This document shows, piece after piece, positions 48,901 through 59,731 of a DNA stretch of 64,000 bases. The notes under the pieces were generated by a model. The model was not told the DNA's origin. It did no database searches and was given only the letters and a program-made list of their open reading frames with translations. Position 1 is the stretch's first letter. Each line of letters begins with the position of its first letter. Position numbers and translations under genes: made by a program. The DNA comes from Antedon mediterranea (taxonomy: Eukaryota > Animalia > Echinodermata), in NCBI RefSeq assembly GCF_964355755.1, contig NC_092670.1:24352795-24416794 (forward strand). The letters run 5' to 3'.

Positions 48901-51900
48901 ACTTAAGAAGTAGGCCTACTTGCTGGAAAAATAGGACTTATAGTTAAGCTCACAATTAGGGAGGGTGGTAATTTAAAAGAGTGGTCACTTACGGGAGGTG
49001 TTGTCGTTAAGAGAGATAGTCGCTTACAAGAGGAGGTCGATTATGAAAAGCAGTCCCTTATGAGGGGAGGTGATCACTTCCGAGAGGTGGTCGATTACGA
49101 TAAATGGTCCCTTAAAAGAGACGGTGGTCGTTCAATAGAGGTGGTCACTTACCAGAGGTCGTTGTGACGGGAGATAGTCGATTATGAGAAGCGGTTCTTT
49201 AATAGAGAGAAAGAGGTCGTGGTCTCTTAAAAGAGGTGATCACTTACGAGAGGTGGTCGATTATAAGAAGTGGCCCCTTAACAGAAACGGTGGACGTTTA
49301 ATAGAGGTGATCACTTACCAGAGGTTGTTGTGACGGGAGATAGTAGATTATGAGAAACGGTTCTTAATAGCGAGAAAGAGGTCGTGGTTCCTTAAAAGAG
49401 GTGGTCACTTACGAGAGGTGGGGTCGTTAAGAGAGGTAGTCGCTAACGAAGAGGTGGTCGATTATGAAAAGCGGTTCCTTATGAGAGTTGGTGATCACTT
49501 ACGAGAGGTGGTCGATTATAAGAAGTGGTCCCTTAACAGAAACGGTGGACGTTCAATAGAGGTGGCCACTTACCAGAGGTCGTTGTGACGGGAGATAGTC
49601 GATTATGAGAAGCGGTCCTTTAATAGAGAGAAAGAGGTCGTGGTCCCTTAAAAGGGGTGGTCATTTACGAGAGGTGTGGTCGTTGAGAAGTGGTCGCATA
49701 CGAGAGGTGGTCGATTATGGGAAGCGGTTCCTTATGAGAGGAGGTGATCCCTTACGAGAGGTGGTCGATTATGAGAAGCGGTCTCTTAACAGAGATGGCA
49801 GCTTACAATGTGTGGTCGTTTTAGAATGTTGGTTGCTTACAAGAGGTGGAAAGACTGATAGCTAAGTAAGGATCGATGCATTTGCACATGATTTAGACAT
49901 TATTTGTAAAATATAACATTTTCTACATTAGCTGGCGATAGTAACCACATTAGCTGTTGACCGTTTCTACATTAGCTAGTGTTGATTTTTATTTACTACA
50001 TAAGCTGTTGGTGTTTCTACATAAGCTGGAGGTTTACTACATAAGCGGTGGATTGTTCTACATTAACGGTTGTTTCGACATTAGCTGGCGTTTTCTACAT
50101 TAACGGTTGTAACACGCGTACATATGGCGGGCCAAACATTTAATCATTATCAAGATATCTTTAGTTTTAAATAGAGCTTTCTTTTTTATCAATACAGTTT
50201 TAAAATTGTTAAAAAGTTAATTTATGTTATCAAACACCATAATTTTACAGAAGTTTAGGTGTAGGTTTAAACGCTCGACTTTTTTGACGTAACAGTTTTA
50301 ATTATCAACTGGAAAATTATTACTTTTATGTTGAACCAAAAAAATACATACACAATTGGTATAAATACCTTTAGTTTGTGTATGTATTTTTTGGTTAACA
50401 AAAAGTAATAATTTTCCAGTTAATTATATTCGGAACCAGGTGAATTTATATAATAGTTTTTTTGTTTTTCTTTCGTCATTAAATGGTGTTTTTTTAATTA
50501 GCTTATCAATCAATTAATTGAATCAAACAATCTACTTTTACTTCAGAACAAAGTCCATGGCTTACTGATGTATAGAACAAAAGTATAATTTAATAATAAA
50601 AACTAAACTATAGTACTTTGCATATTCAGATGTAGGGGCGTAACAGTAAGCCAACGAAATAACAACCAAACACTTCAAGTAGCAACGGTATATAGCCTTC
50701 ACCTTGTAGTATCGTGTGCGCGCGCAGAAAACATCGAACATCGACTTAGAACTATACGTACATAACAGTAAGCCAACGAGTTAACAACCAAACACTACAA
50801 GTAGCAATGGTATATATGACTTTGACCTTGTAGTATCGTGTGCGCGCGCAAAAAAACATTGAACATTGACTTGGAACTGTACGTAGGCCTACATAAATAG
50901 TAAGCCAACGAGTTAACAACCAAACACTATATTCAAGTAGCAATAGAATATTATGACCTTGACCTTGTAGTATCGTGCGCAAAAAACATCGAATCGAACA
51001 TCGACTTGGAACTATACGTACATAACAGTAAGCCAACGAGTTAACAACCTAACACTACAAGTAGCAATGATATAATATGGTCTTGAAGTATCGTGCAGGC
51101 GCGCAGCAAAAACAAATATCGTCAAACTAACGAGTTAACAATGTTAACAATGCAAATATCGCGCGCACGAGCAGAAAAATATTAATAATCCAACGCGTTA
51201 ACGACGACCCTAACAGACGTATCGTGAACACGCAAGTATTGAAACAACTCAATATAATCATGATATATTAACTCGAAAAAAAATTGTTGAGTCTAGCACT
51301 AAATTTGATTTGATTTTTTTTTTTTACATTTGTGGGCGTTATCACATTTGTGGGAGATGGTTGTTTTCACATTTGTGGGCGCTGTTTGTTACATGTGTGG
51401 GTGATGCATTTTTACATTTGTGGTTGTTTTCACATTTGTGGGCGTTTTCACATTTGTGGGTTCAACAGGTCTTCTATTTAAGAAAATTCCTTCAAAGTAA
51501 ACACAATACACGTTAGAAAAAAGGAAAGTGGGCCTGTTGGCCTATCACCAAATAACAGGTTCACTTTAGTAATCAACAAATATGTTGATAATAATTGAAT
51601 TTATGGTTTTCAATATTGATCAATATTGAACAAATGTATAAATGTTAACGCGAGAAAAGATAATAGCCTATATTGCAAAACCACAGGCTACTTTGCAATG
51701 ATTGTATACAGTTAAACTAAATGTTCAATCATTAGATTTATTGTTATAAATTCATAATTCGTATGAATACTTTAAAAAAAGTTAATTAAACTCAATTAAT
51801 TTTCAATTCTTAAATTTTCCAAAATGAATTGTTATTTGATGGGATTATGTTTTAGATATTAAAGATATGTTTTGTTTAACAAAAATGTTTTAAAAAACAT

Positions 51901-53211
51901 TAATCCCATCTCCAAAACAGGCGTCATAAAATAAATTTAAAAAAATAAAACAAACAATGGCCTAAACTGTTTATAATGTAATATAGAAACTCTATGGCGT
52001 TAAAATAACATTAAATTTGTACAATATTAATTTCCCAGACACACTTCGAAATAATTGTCAACATCATTTATAAATTTCGGTTATACATTATTATTATTTC
52101 TGCTTCATTCTCTATTTTATTATTTCTTTATTATGTGTCGTATTGTACCTTAATCTAATATTGTTATCCTTTTGTTACACTTTGGTGACTTTTTTAGTTT
52201 AACCACTCTCACAAGATATTCACCGTTTACAAATTGTTAAGAAATTAGACCGATTAAAGAACATTTGTTAGGCCTATGTTTTTCCCCAACTTGTTTCGTT
52301 GTCGTCAAATTCTTTTAGATATAACAATGATTAGTTCAGTAAAGATACCTACAATTTTTTGATTGGACAATGCTGGTTGTAATTATAAATGTCTGTCCAG
52401 TTATAGCTTATTGGATTGTTACAATTATACTCGCATGTCACTGATGAGAACTGACAAGAGAAATTCACTGGGCAAACCGCTTCTATAAAAAAACAGAATA
52501 AGAAATAAATAAATACAAAACAATAACCGATAAAATATAGTTACCAGACACTCATCAGGTAACGTTGTTACACATTATGATCGGGGGCTCCATTCTGTAC
52601 GACGGAGGAGAATGATTTACTCTAAGCCTGCGCGGTCACCTTCACCACTGAGTGTATTTTGGTAAGACTCTAGGCCTACGTTATTATTTTATGTAGTCAT
52701 AATAAGTTAGTAATCCTGATTCCTTGCCGTTGTTCATTGTGATATGGATAAGTTTGCTCGGTGACCTCCTCGTGTTATTTTACTATCAAAGATGTATTGT
52801 CCCCAAAACAATACAAATGAAGATTAATACAACTTCAAACTTTTCCCCCGAAAATAAAAAAAATCAATTCAAACAAACCAAGACAATCGCTGGATTGACT
52901 TTTGTTTTTCTTTAAATTCCAGTTTTATCTAAATCATTGTTTTGTTTGATTTAATTTTTGGAGATATGAATTGTTTAACAAAAATGGGAAACAAGCAATA
53001 CTGCAGAAAATCGATTATTGGAAGTTTACTCAATTTTATAAGTCTGATAATCAAGATCAAGCGACTACAATAGCAAACATATACATTACACTTTAAAAAT
53101 ATTATACATGTATAATGACAATAATAAAAGCATACCAGAAATATTGCAGCAGATAACAAGCGGTACAGTCAAGATTATGACGATTATGATTTTAAAGATG
53201 ACAGCCATCAT
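38920..53211 (-). CDS. LRR-containing GPCR (LGR type C, RXFP/GRL101-like), copy B, apparently intact spliced gene
   Basis: Exons 53136-53211, 52353-52482, LRR 46913-46984, 46520-46591, 46142-46213, 45811-45882, 45484-45555, 44855-44926, 43365-43436, 42529-42600, 40425-40496 and 7TM 38920-39955 join in frame (about 629 aa). Confidence 0.82.
40425..40496 (-). CDS. LRR exon, copy B (NLTDNKLQNYRDRTFEELKTLTEL)
   Basis: 72 bp, AG/GT. Confidence 0.85.
40938..41865. mobile_element. PIF/Harbinger-like non-autonomous element (928 bp, TAA TSD)
   Basis: TAA|CGCCTGTATTCTTAAACCGGACTTTAGTCGTAGTTC ... GAACTACGACTAAAGTCCGGTTTAAGAATACGGGCG|TAA; absent at paralogous site about 23618. Confidence 0.85.
42529..42600 (-). 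CDS. LRR exon, copy B (HLNDNQIRTLSAKTFNDLSALEKL)
   Basis: 72 bp, AG/GT. Confidence 0.85.
43365..43436 (-). CDS. LRR exon, copy B (YLYSNQISTLPDDVFSDLTSLKEL)
   Basis: 72 bp, AG/GT. Confidence 0.85.
44021..44376 (-). mobile_element. 5S rRNA-derived SINE (SINE3-like): 5S head about 44258-44376, about 215-bp body, A-rich tail
   Basis: Minus strand reads ACCACGTTGAAACACCGGTTCTCGTCAGATCACCGAAGTTAAGCAACGTCGGGCC...GGATGGGAGACC..GGGAA..GGTGCTGTA. No T-run terminator after the head; poly-A-like tail at 44021-44040. Confidence 0.78.
44385..44776 (+). mobile_element. 5'-truncated RTE-clade LINE with (CAAGT)n tail and 12-bp TSD
   Basis: RMLRTVFNIHW..H.TNKELYG / RRNRFAGHCFR..EPVSELVVW.P.HGKRKPGR; TSD AAACGCCGACTG at 44373-44384 and 44777-44788. 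Confidence 0.85.
44855..44926 (-). CDS. LRR exon, copy B (KLYNNQISTLTAKTFDDLTSLQKL)
   Basis: 72 bp, AG/GT. Confidence 0.85.
45365..46380 (-). repeat. About 330-bp exon+intron tandem repeat carrying three near-identical LRR exons (45484-45555, 45811-45882, 46142-46213; NLFDNQISTLPANVFSGLTSLK[E/I]L)
   Basis: Periods 327 and 331 bp; introns nearly identical; related unit at about 46690-46990. Confidence 0.9.
46520..46591 (-). CDS. LRR exon, copy B (DLYKNEISALPYNIFSDLTSLEEL)
   Basis: 72 bp, GTAAGT donor, atypical acceptor (TTATAAGAG). Confidence 0.65.
46913..46984 (-). CDS. LRR exon, copy B (DLSENEISALPANVFSGLTSLKVL)
   Basis: 72 bp, AG/GT. Confidence 0.85.
47570..49850. repeat. Nested foldback: inverted arms of GACCACCTCTC / GAGAGGTGGTC minisatellite
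   Basis: 47570-47820 is the reverse complement of about 49600-49835; 218-bp tandem duplication 47633-48062; LINE 3' piece with (CAAT)n at about 48050-48420. Confidence 0.8.
50640..51100. repeat. About 125-bp tandem repeat, about 4 copies
   Basis: TAACAGTAAGCCAACGAGTTAACAACCAAACAC at about 50641, 50763, 50895, 51023. Confidence 0.85.
52353..52482 (-). CDS. Cys-rich LRR N-cap exon, copy B
   Basis: EAVCPVNFSCQFSSVTCEYNCNNPISYNWTDIYNYNQHCPIKKL; AG/GT. Confidence 0.8.
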
Positions 53212-54908
53212 TCTTCTTTACTCAACTCAACTAAAAATAAACGTTTACTCCATGAACTTGTTCGTTATGTTATAAACGTCTCGTGCTAACTTCTCATATA
53301 TAATTGAATAATTCTGTTGCGTTGATTTTAGTGCGTATTAAACATTTAGACAAATTACTTCACCAGATATTACTAGTATAAACGTCTTAAATAACCAATA
53401 TCGTAAAGTACAACATTAAAAGTGAAGTAGTCGAGTAGTCCTCTTAGCCTACTGTTGCAAAATATTTTTTAACAGTGACTAACCCAGAGTTTGAGTCGAA
53501 AGTTCGCTAGTTCAGGACTTAACCCCCTGTCATTATAATAATATATATATATTGTGTTAATAATTTCAGTGCTATTATGCCTACAAAATTGTTTTCAATT
53601 GATGTGTCTTATAGAAATGGTGCTGTTTGTAATGTTAATTGTGGCACATGCAAGCGAAATCGGACATACGTCGCATTTGTAGATTTGTAGAAACAGCCAA
53701 AAACATTAAAAGGCTGAAAAATTACATTTTTTATATTTACAGAAAATGATATTTATATTATATTAATATTTATTTACATTACCCTGGTGTTTTTCTATTT
53801 TGAGACAAATAAATAGATACATTTTAACATTTTGTTTAGTATGTTGGTTAAAAAGAATGATTTTCATAAAACCTATCATGTTTTATGCTTAAATTGAAAG
53901 TGTTCCATTGGGTTGATTTTAATGAAATTCATCATTTCTGTCCTTAACCTGAACAAAAATAATGCAGCCTGGTGTCTAGTCATATGTTGTATGCTCCTAC
54001 GTTTATTTTTATTTGTGAAAGTTATCTCCTTTTTAGTTATTACCGAGTAAATCCTGTAATGTTTTAATTGTTGCTATATTTTGTTATATTCTTAAATCTG
54101 GCTTTTGTATAATTGTTTCTTTATGTTAATTCTCGTCAAAGTATACCTACACTATGAGAAAAGCACAGGTTGAATACGTAACTAGATTCTTCTTAACTTT
54201 GATTTAACACGTGTCTTGGAGTATCTGCTTTGTTATTATTAATTATAATTGATAAGGTTCGTCGTCGTATTTGATATTAATTTATTGATTTAGGTCTTTA
54301 GTTAAATTTAACATCGCTTTCATGTTGTCTATACGCATTTATATTTCACAAATAATAATTCCTTCCTATGAGTTGTTTTTCTCTTGTAATGTAGAATTAA
54401 GTCTACCGTATTGTGTATGTTATTACACATTCAAATATTATTGTTTAATATTGATTTGGAGTTTGCAGGGTTTTAACTTTATAACTTTAACCATGGAGAA
54501 TTCTTTAACTAAATCATAAACTGACTGTATTACAACATTAGTTTCCTTATGGCCTATTTATTACATTAAACCATTGCGCATATATCAAAATATACCGATT
54601 TAATTGTACAGAAAAAGAAATATAATATTGTCTTCCAGCCCTCCTAAAAAAATATTTTTAAATTGTTTGATTATTTATGCCGTTTTAATACGAAACACAA
54701 TTGTTATTCATGTTTACCAAAATTGGATCGAAACACAAATATTTAGCTGAACACCCTGTAATTTAAAGCAGTCTTAAGTCTCTTATAGATAATGATTTTT
54801 TTTATTTAATTTGGTTGTCTATTTAAGTGAAATCATAATTTAATAAACTTGATAAAAACTAAAAAGTGATTTTATTAATCTTCATTTTCCATGTTTTAGG
54901 GCACATCT
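52790..54908. mobile_element. Old Kolobok-like TIR pair enclosing the signal-peptide exon
   Basis: TCAA|AGATGTATTGTCCCCAAAAC..AATGAAGATTAAT ... ATTAATCTTCATTTTCCATGTTTTAGGGCACATCT|TTAA; better-preserved right end GGGGACAACACATCT|TTAA at 12012-12030. Confidence 0.55.
53136..53211 (-). CDS. Signal-peptide exon, copy B (MMAVIFKIIIVIILTVPLVICCNIS)
   Basis: 76 bp from ATG to GTATG donor; TTTATTTTTAG acceptor about 20 nt upstream of the ATG. Confidence 0.75.
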
Positions 54909-57900
54909 TTAAATTATTTTTAAAACAGCATTATGTTATACAGAATGAATGAATAAATATTCATAACGGTTGATATGTAAGAAAGTTCTTGGCATACCTT
55001 ATAAATCTAATAACGACAGATCACAAGGGCTGAACTTGGGCGTTTTCCATTCAAGAAATTGTTAGCTTTTTTGCTAAAGGTAATCGGAATGGCTCCAAAT
55101 CGACTTCCTTATAAATGTTATGCGCTTTTGAAGCGATTTCAGGAAAACGAAGGTAAACCAAATTGGGTATCAAATATCAAATCAATCCTCAAGCGATACC
55201 GGTATGGCTTCGGCTATGCATGGCTTAACCAGGGTGTTGGAAATAAACGTTTATTTCTTATGTAATTTAAAAAAACGATGTATTCACAGGAGTGGCGGTC
55301 ACAATCTGACTCACGCAGCAGACTTTTTTATCTCAATATTAAACAGTCAATTAAGTTAGAAAAAAAAACAAACAACAAGTAAAAGTATTTAGGCATAGAA
55401 GATACATTTTGTTGATAAGGACCTCATCACACAACTTAAATGTAAATATTAGAGTAAATGATAATTTCTTAAATCTATGTCAGATTTAAATGCTTATGTT
55501 AATCTGTCAAAGTATTTATTTGTATCGTTAAAAAGGAGAGAGTCAACCTTACAGTAATATATTGTGAATCTATGTGCCCGTGGCCTAAAGATAAAATAAA
55601 GGCAGGCACCATTGCCTGGAATTAAAAAAAAACCTAGGCCTAACATCTCAATAAATGATATAGCATTTATCTTTGTTCTAAATTTACGAAAAAATCCATT
55701 TTATTAATAAATTCCACTTTGTTCTTTTGCCCATTTATTACAAAATCCTGCTACATAGTACAGATCTGAAACGCGAAATATATTCGTCTATTTCTTTTTC
55801 AGGCTTGGGGAAACCGCAATGGTATCGTTATTGGAATAAATAAAGGAACTCATAGGTAATAGTATACCTAAAATTAGCTAACAAAGACGAGGATTAGGCA
55901 CAGAAAACCACAAATACATAAATCATAACATACATTTATTCATCTCATAAACAAACAAACCAAGCAAAGAATAAAAAATATTTTTAATGATGAAAGGGAC
56001 CTCCAACAAGAAACCCCAGCCAGAACAACACAAAAAGAAGCAGAAAGGTTAAATGAACCCATTATAGGCCAACATACTGTACATTACATTATACATAATC
56101 ATGGCATAATTATTACATTAGCTTAGTAAAAATTATTATAAATCAATAAAAGAAAGTTTATATTTCATCTTCAAAATAGCCAACGATGAAGCTGTCAATG
56201 CTGTTCCATATTTCAAGAGCAACACAGCATTAAGACTAGTACATTTACATTTTCTTTTCTTTGACTTAAGTCTAGTTTTACCTCTAGTGTTATAATTGTG
56301 CTTGTTCGATTCTTTTCCAAAGATAGACACCAACCTAGTATTTAGATCATGAGTGACAGAGTACATTACAGTACCAATTTGATAATAAAGTCTTGCATTT
56401 TAAGAAGTCCATGTCTACGGAAGACGGACGATACACTGTCTCTGAACTTTGTGAAGGTGATAACACGTAGTGTTTTCTTTGGAGACGCTTGATTTCATAC
56501 AAATACGATTCGTACGTGTAACCCCATACAACAATGCCATACTTGAATATTGGTTCTATAAGGGATTTATATATCGAAAGTAAGGCTTTAAGTGGTAGAA
56601 AGTGTTTTACTCTATAGTATGCCAATATACTTAGATACTTTTTTTGATACGACGTCAATGTGTTCTTTGAAATTAACATGATCGTCTAAATAAACACCAC
56701 GAAATTTAGTTTTATTTGCTCTTTTGTAATTCTGTAAATAAAACTTTAACTTGATCTATGTCAACTTTTCTTTTTATACTTCGAAATATCATAAAATTGG
56801 TTTTATTTACATTTAATGACAGTTTGTTACATTAAAACCATTCATTAATTTTATCAATTTCGGTAGCGACCAGAGTACTTAAGTTTTTGTGAGATAAGAA
56901 TATATTAGTATCATCAACAAATAAAATAAGGGATAACAGTTTAGAGCAACTAAAAATATCATTGATGTAAAGTATGAATATGAGGGGTCCAAGTATAGAC
57001 CCTTGGGGCACACCATATTCAATATTACGAATTGTAGATTTAACATTATCAAAGACTGTATATTGGCGCCTTCGGGAGACATAGCTCTTAAACCAATTTA
57101 AAGCTGTACCCCTGATACGGTACTAGTCAAGTTTGTTTTTGTAAAATGATGTGATCAATCGTATCGAATGCTTTGCTAATTTCCACAAATATACCGATAC
57201 CATACTCTCCCTTATCAATGGCATCGAATACCTTATATCGATACGTTTGAGAATAGCCATATATGTGGAGCTTTGTTTTTGAAGACCGAATTGAGAAAGG
57301 TGAATAATTTTAGTTTTCTGTACATGGTTATATAGCCTATTGTATACAATACGCTCTAGAATTTTAGATAGGGTGGGAAGCACGGATTTAGGTCTGTAGT
57401 TTGAAAATAAATTTTCTCTCTTAATCACCGGATTTATTTATTGGAACAATCCTGGCTATCCTTGTCATATCAGGTACAATACCCTTTTCTAGCGAAAGGT
57501 TAAAAATGTAACATAACGGAATTTAAAGAGGGTAAATAATATGCTTAATGATCCTGCCATTTATACCATCCACACCTGCATGCCTCTAACAAGTTGTATA
57601 ATTTCTTCTGGGCTGGTAGGGTAAAAAAAAGATAGTTTATGTTGCTATTCTGGATATTGTTAGCCAGGTTTGCCCCAATATTTGTAAAATAATCAATGAA
57701 ACCATTAGCAGTGGATTTAGCGTCATCGGTGTCAGCTTTCTTCCTTTTCCCTGTTGAGAACCTCACCAAGAATATTCCAAGTCTGCTTAACGTTATTTTT
57801 AGCCGCAACGAGAGCACTGGAATAATATTGGCGTTTACTAATTCTAATTAAATGAATGAGTTTGTTTTTATATTTAGTATATTTGTGTCTATTGTTATCA

Positions 57901-58589
57901 CATTTTGATCAATTTTGTATATAGACAATTATTAATTATTAATGGACTTCATGATCCCATTAGTAATCCAAGGTTTCCGGTTAACTTGTCGTTTTGAAAT
58001 AATTTTTGTAGGAATATTATCATCAATAAGTAAAATAAGTTTGTTAATAAGCAAGCTGTAGCCTTCATTGGGATCATTTTAAGTAAATATAGCATTACAA
58101 CTCTCTAAATTTACCTAGGAAAGAAGATTATTAAGTGTTGTGTCGTTTAAAACTTTTGTCGTTTGTTGAACATTATGTTTGGTTCGTCTATTTTAATAAT
58201 GAGTAAAATTGAAAATAGGAAAATGATCAGTGATGTCCGAAATGATTATTCCACTTTTAATAGAATTTGAAGTATCATTTGTAATAATGTTGTCAAATAT
58301 GGGGTCTATCTTCGGGTACATAGTTATTACTCAACTTTTTCCCCTTCAGTTTCCGCTTAGCCCTGTAGACTTCGTTGCGCTTTTTGTAACTACAGAAGTT
58401 GACGATGATTCCCCTGGGTTTACTAGCCAAGCCTCTTTTGTGGACCGAGCCTATGGCTCCGGTCGATATCCTTGGAGTCTATCTGTACATTTAGGTCAGT
58501 GGTGAATATTTTTCTTACCAGTGTGTCCGTGGTTTCCAGGGGCGGATTTAGGAGCGGGGGGGCCTTTTTGTAATATATATATATATATA

Positions 58590-59184
58590 TAAATAAAATA
58601 ACAGCAGAAAACTTGGTTACTTCATTGTTTTAATCACTACAAATTTGTTTCGTACGACCAGCATGTAGCTGGCCGCACTCTTCATGTGAAATATAAAACA
58701 TAAGTGACACAGTTGTCTCATAGTGCTTAATAGAAGTGAGTCATCAGGAAGTCGTATACAATAGCCTATAGTTTTAGATAAACTATTTGGATCTGCAATT
58801 TAGTAAGAATTTTTTCCTATGTCTACAAGTAGAGACTAACTCATTCTTACGGTTCAGTGAGCATAGCTCTGGTTGACATATAATAATATACTTTTCATAT
58901 ATACATAAATTACATCTTTTGTTAATATTTGAGTAAGGTTTGCATTTCTTTATAATTTTCCATTTAATTGAGTAGTTTGTTTTAGAGTCTTTAAGTGTCC
59001 ATATATATTTACTGAGTTCCGTTGCGTTTCTTAGTTTTTCGTTCCGGAATGAAGACGTATGGTTCTGTATCTGGTTTTAAACTGGTTTTCAGTTAGTCCG
59101 ACATATGTTTCTTCTTTTGATGAATCTTCTCTCTTTACTGTAGCTTGGTAAACTACGCCTTTTGTTAGGCAGTTACCTGGGAGC
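58590..59184 (-). mobile_element. Penelope-like element 3' fragment (GIY-YIG endonuclease) abutting a (TA)n tract
   Basis: GNCLTKGVVYQATV...TYVGLTENQFKTRY/NHTSSF..ATELSKYIW...RCNLCIYEK..LNRKNELVSTCRH, stop at 58783; one frameshift. Confidence 0.85.
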
Positions 59185-59731
59185 CATTTACATACGATTT
59201 TATCAACGATTTTACAGGAAAAGGGGGTACAAATCTACATTAGAAATCGTTAAAATCTTCAATTTTTTTTAAAAGTTGAACAGAGTTCAACTTCAACGTT
59301 ACGATCGGTAAAACTGACTGACCAATCAAATAGTTCATAAATTACGTCATCATTGTCTGTGACAATTCTTATTTTTTACAACGCGACGATGTTTTTTGTG
59401 CTCTTTTAAAGTCTGACATACAAATAACAAGTGTAAGTAAAACTAAATTTTAATATAAAAACAATTTAATTTAATGTTGTCTTTATAGTTTAAAGAGTAG
59501 ATTAAGATATCAGCGAAAGCTGGAAGCTTTGGCTCTCAGAGCAATTTCGGTTGTTTTAATAAGCTTACAGAGACATTTTTTACCTACTAAAATCTGAGTT
59601 ATGCAGAGAAATTATATAGTACAGTATTATGGAAGTTAGTAGTACTGATCATGAAATACAGCTTTATTGTTGCAAAAAAGTATATTATATTAGGCCCTTA
59701 AATAATTTCTTATCCTATAAACATAAAAAAC

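Larger units (their letters stand above)
47295..51471. mobile_element. Foldback-type DNA element with subterminal repeat arrays, inserted in a decayed LRR exon
   Basis: GACTTGTTGAACCCACAAATGTGAAAAC ... GTTTTCACATTTGTGGGTTCAACAGGTC; arrays of CCACAAATGTGAAAA at 47305-47466 and inverted at 51322-51460; empty site at about 28775. Confidence 0.8.

Noticed and set aside
47570-49865. ORFs 47570-47833, 47842-48051 and 49605-49865 with repeated REVVDYEK
   Set aside because: Translations of a minisatellite on both strands, not protein-coding.
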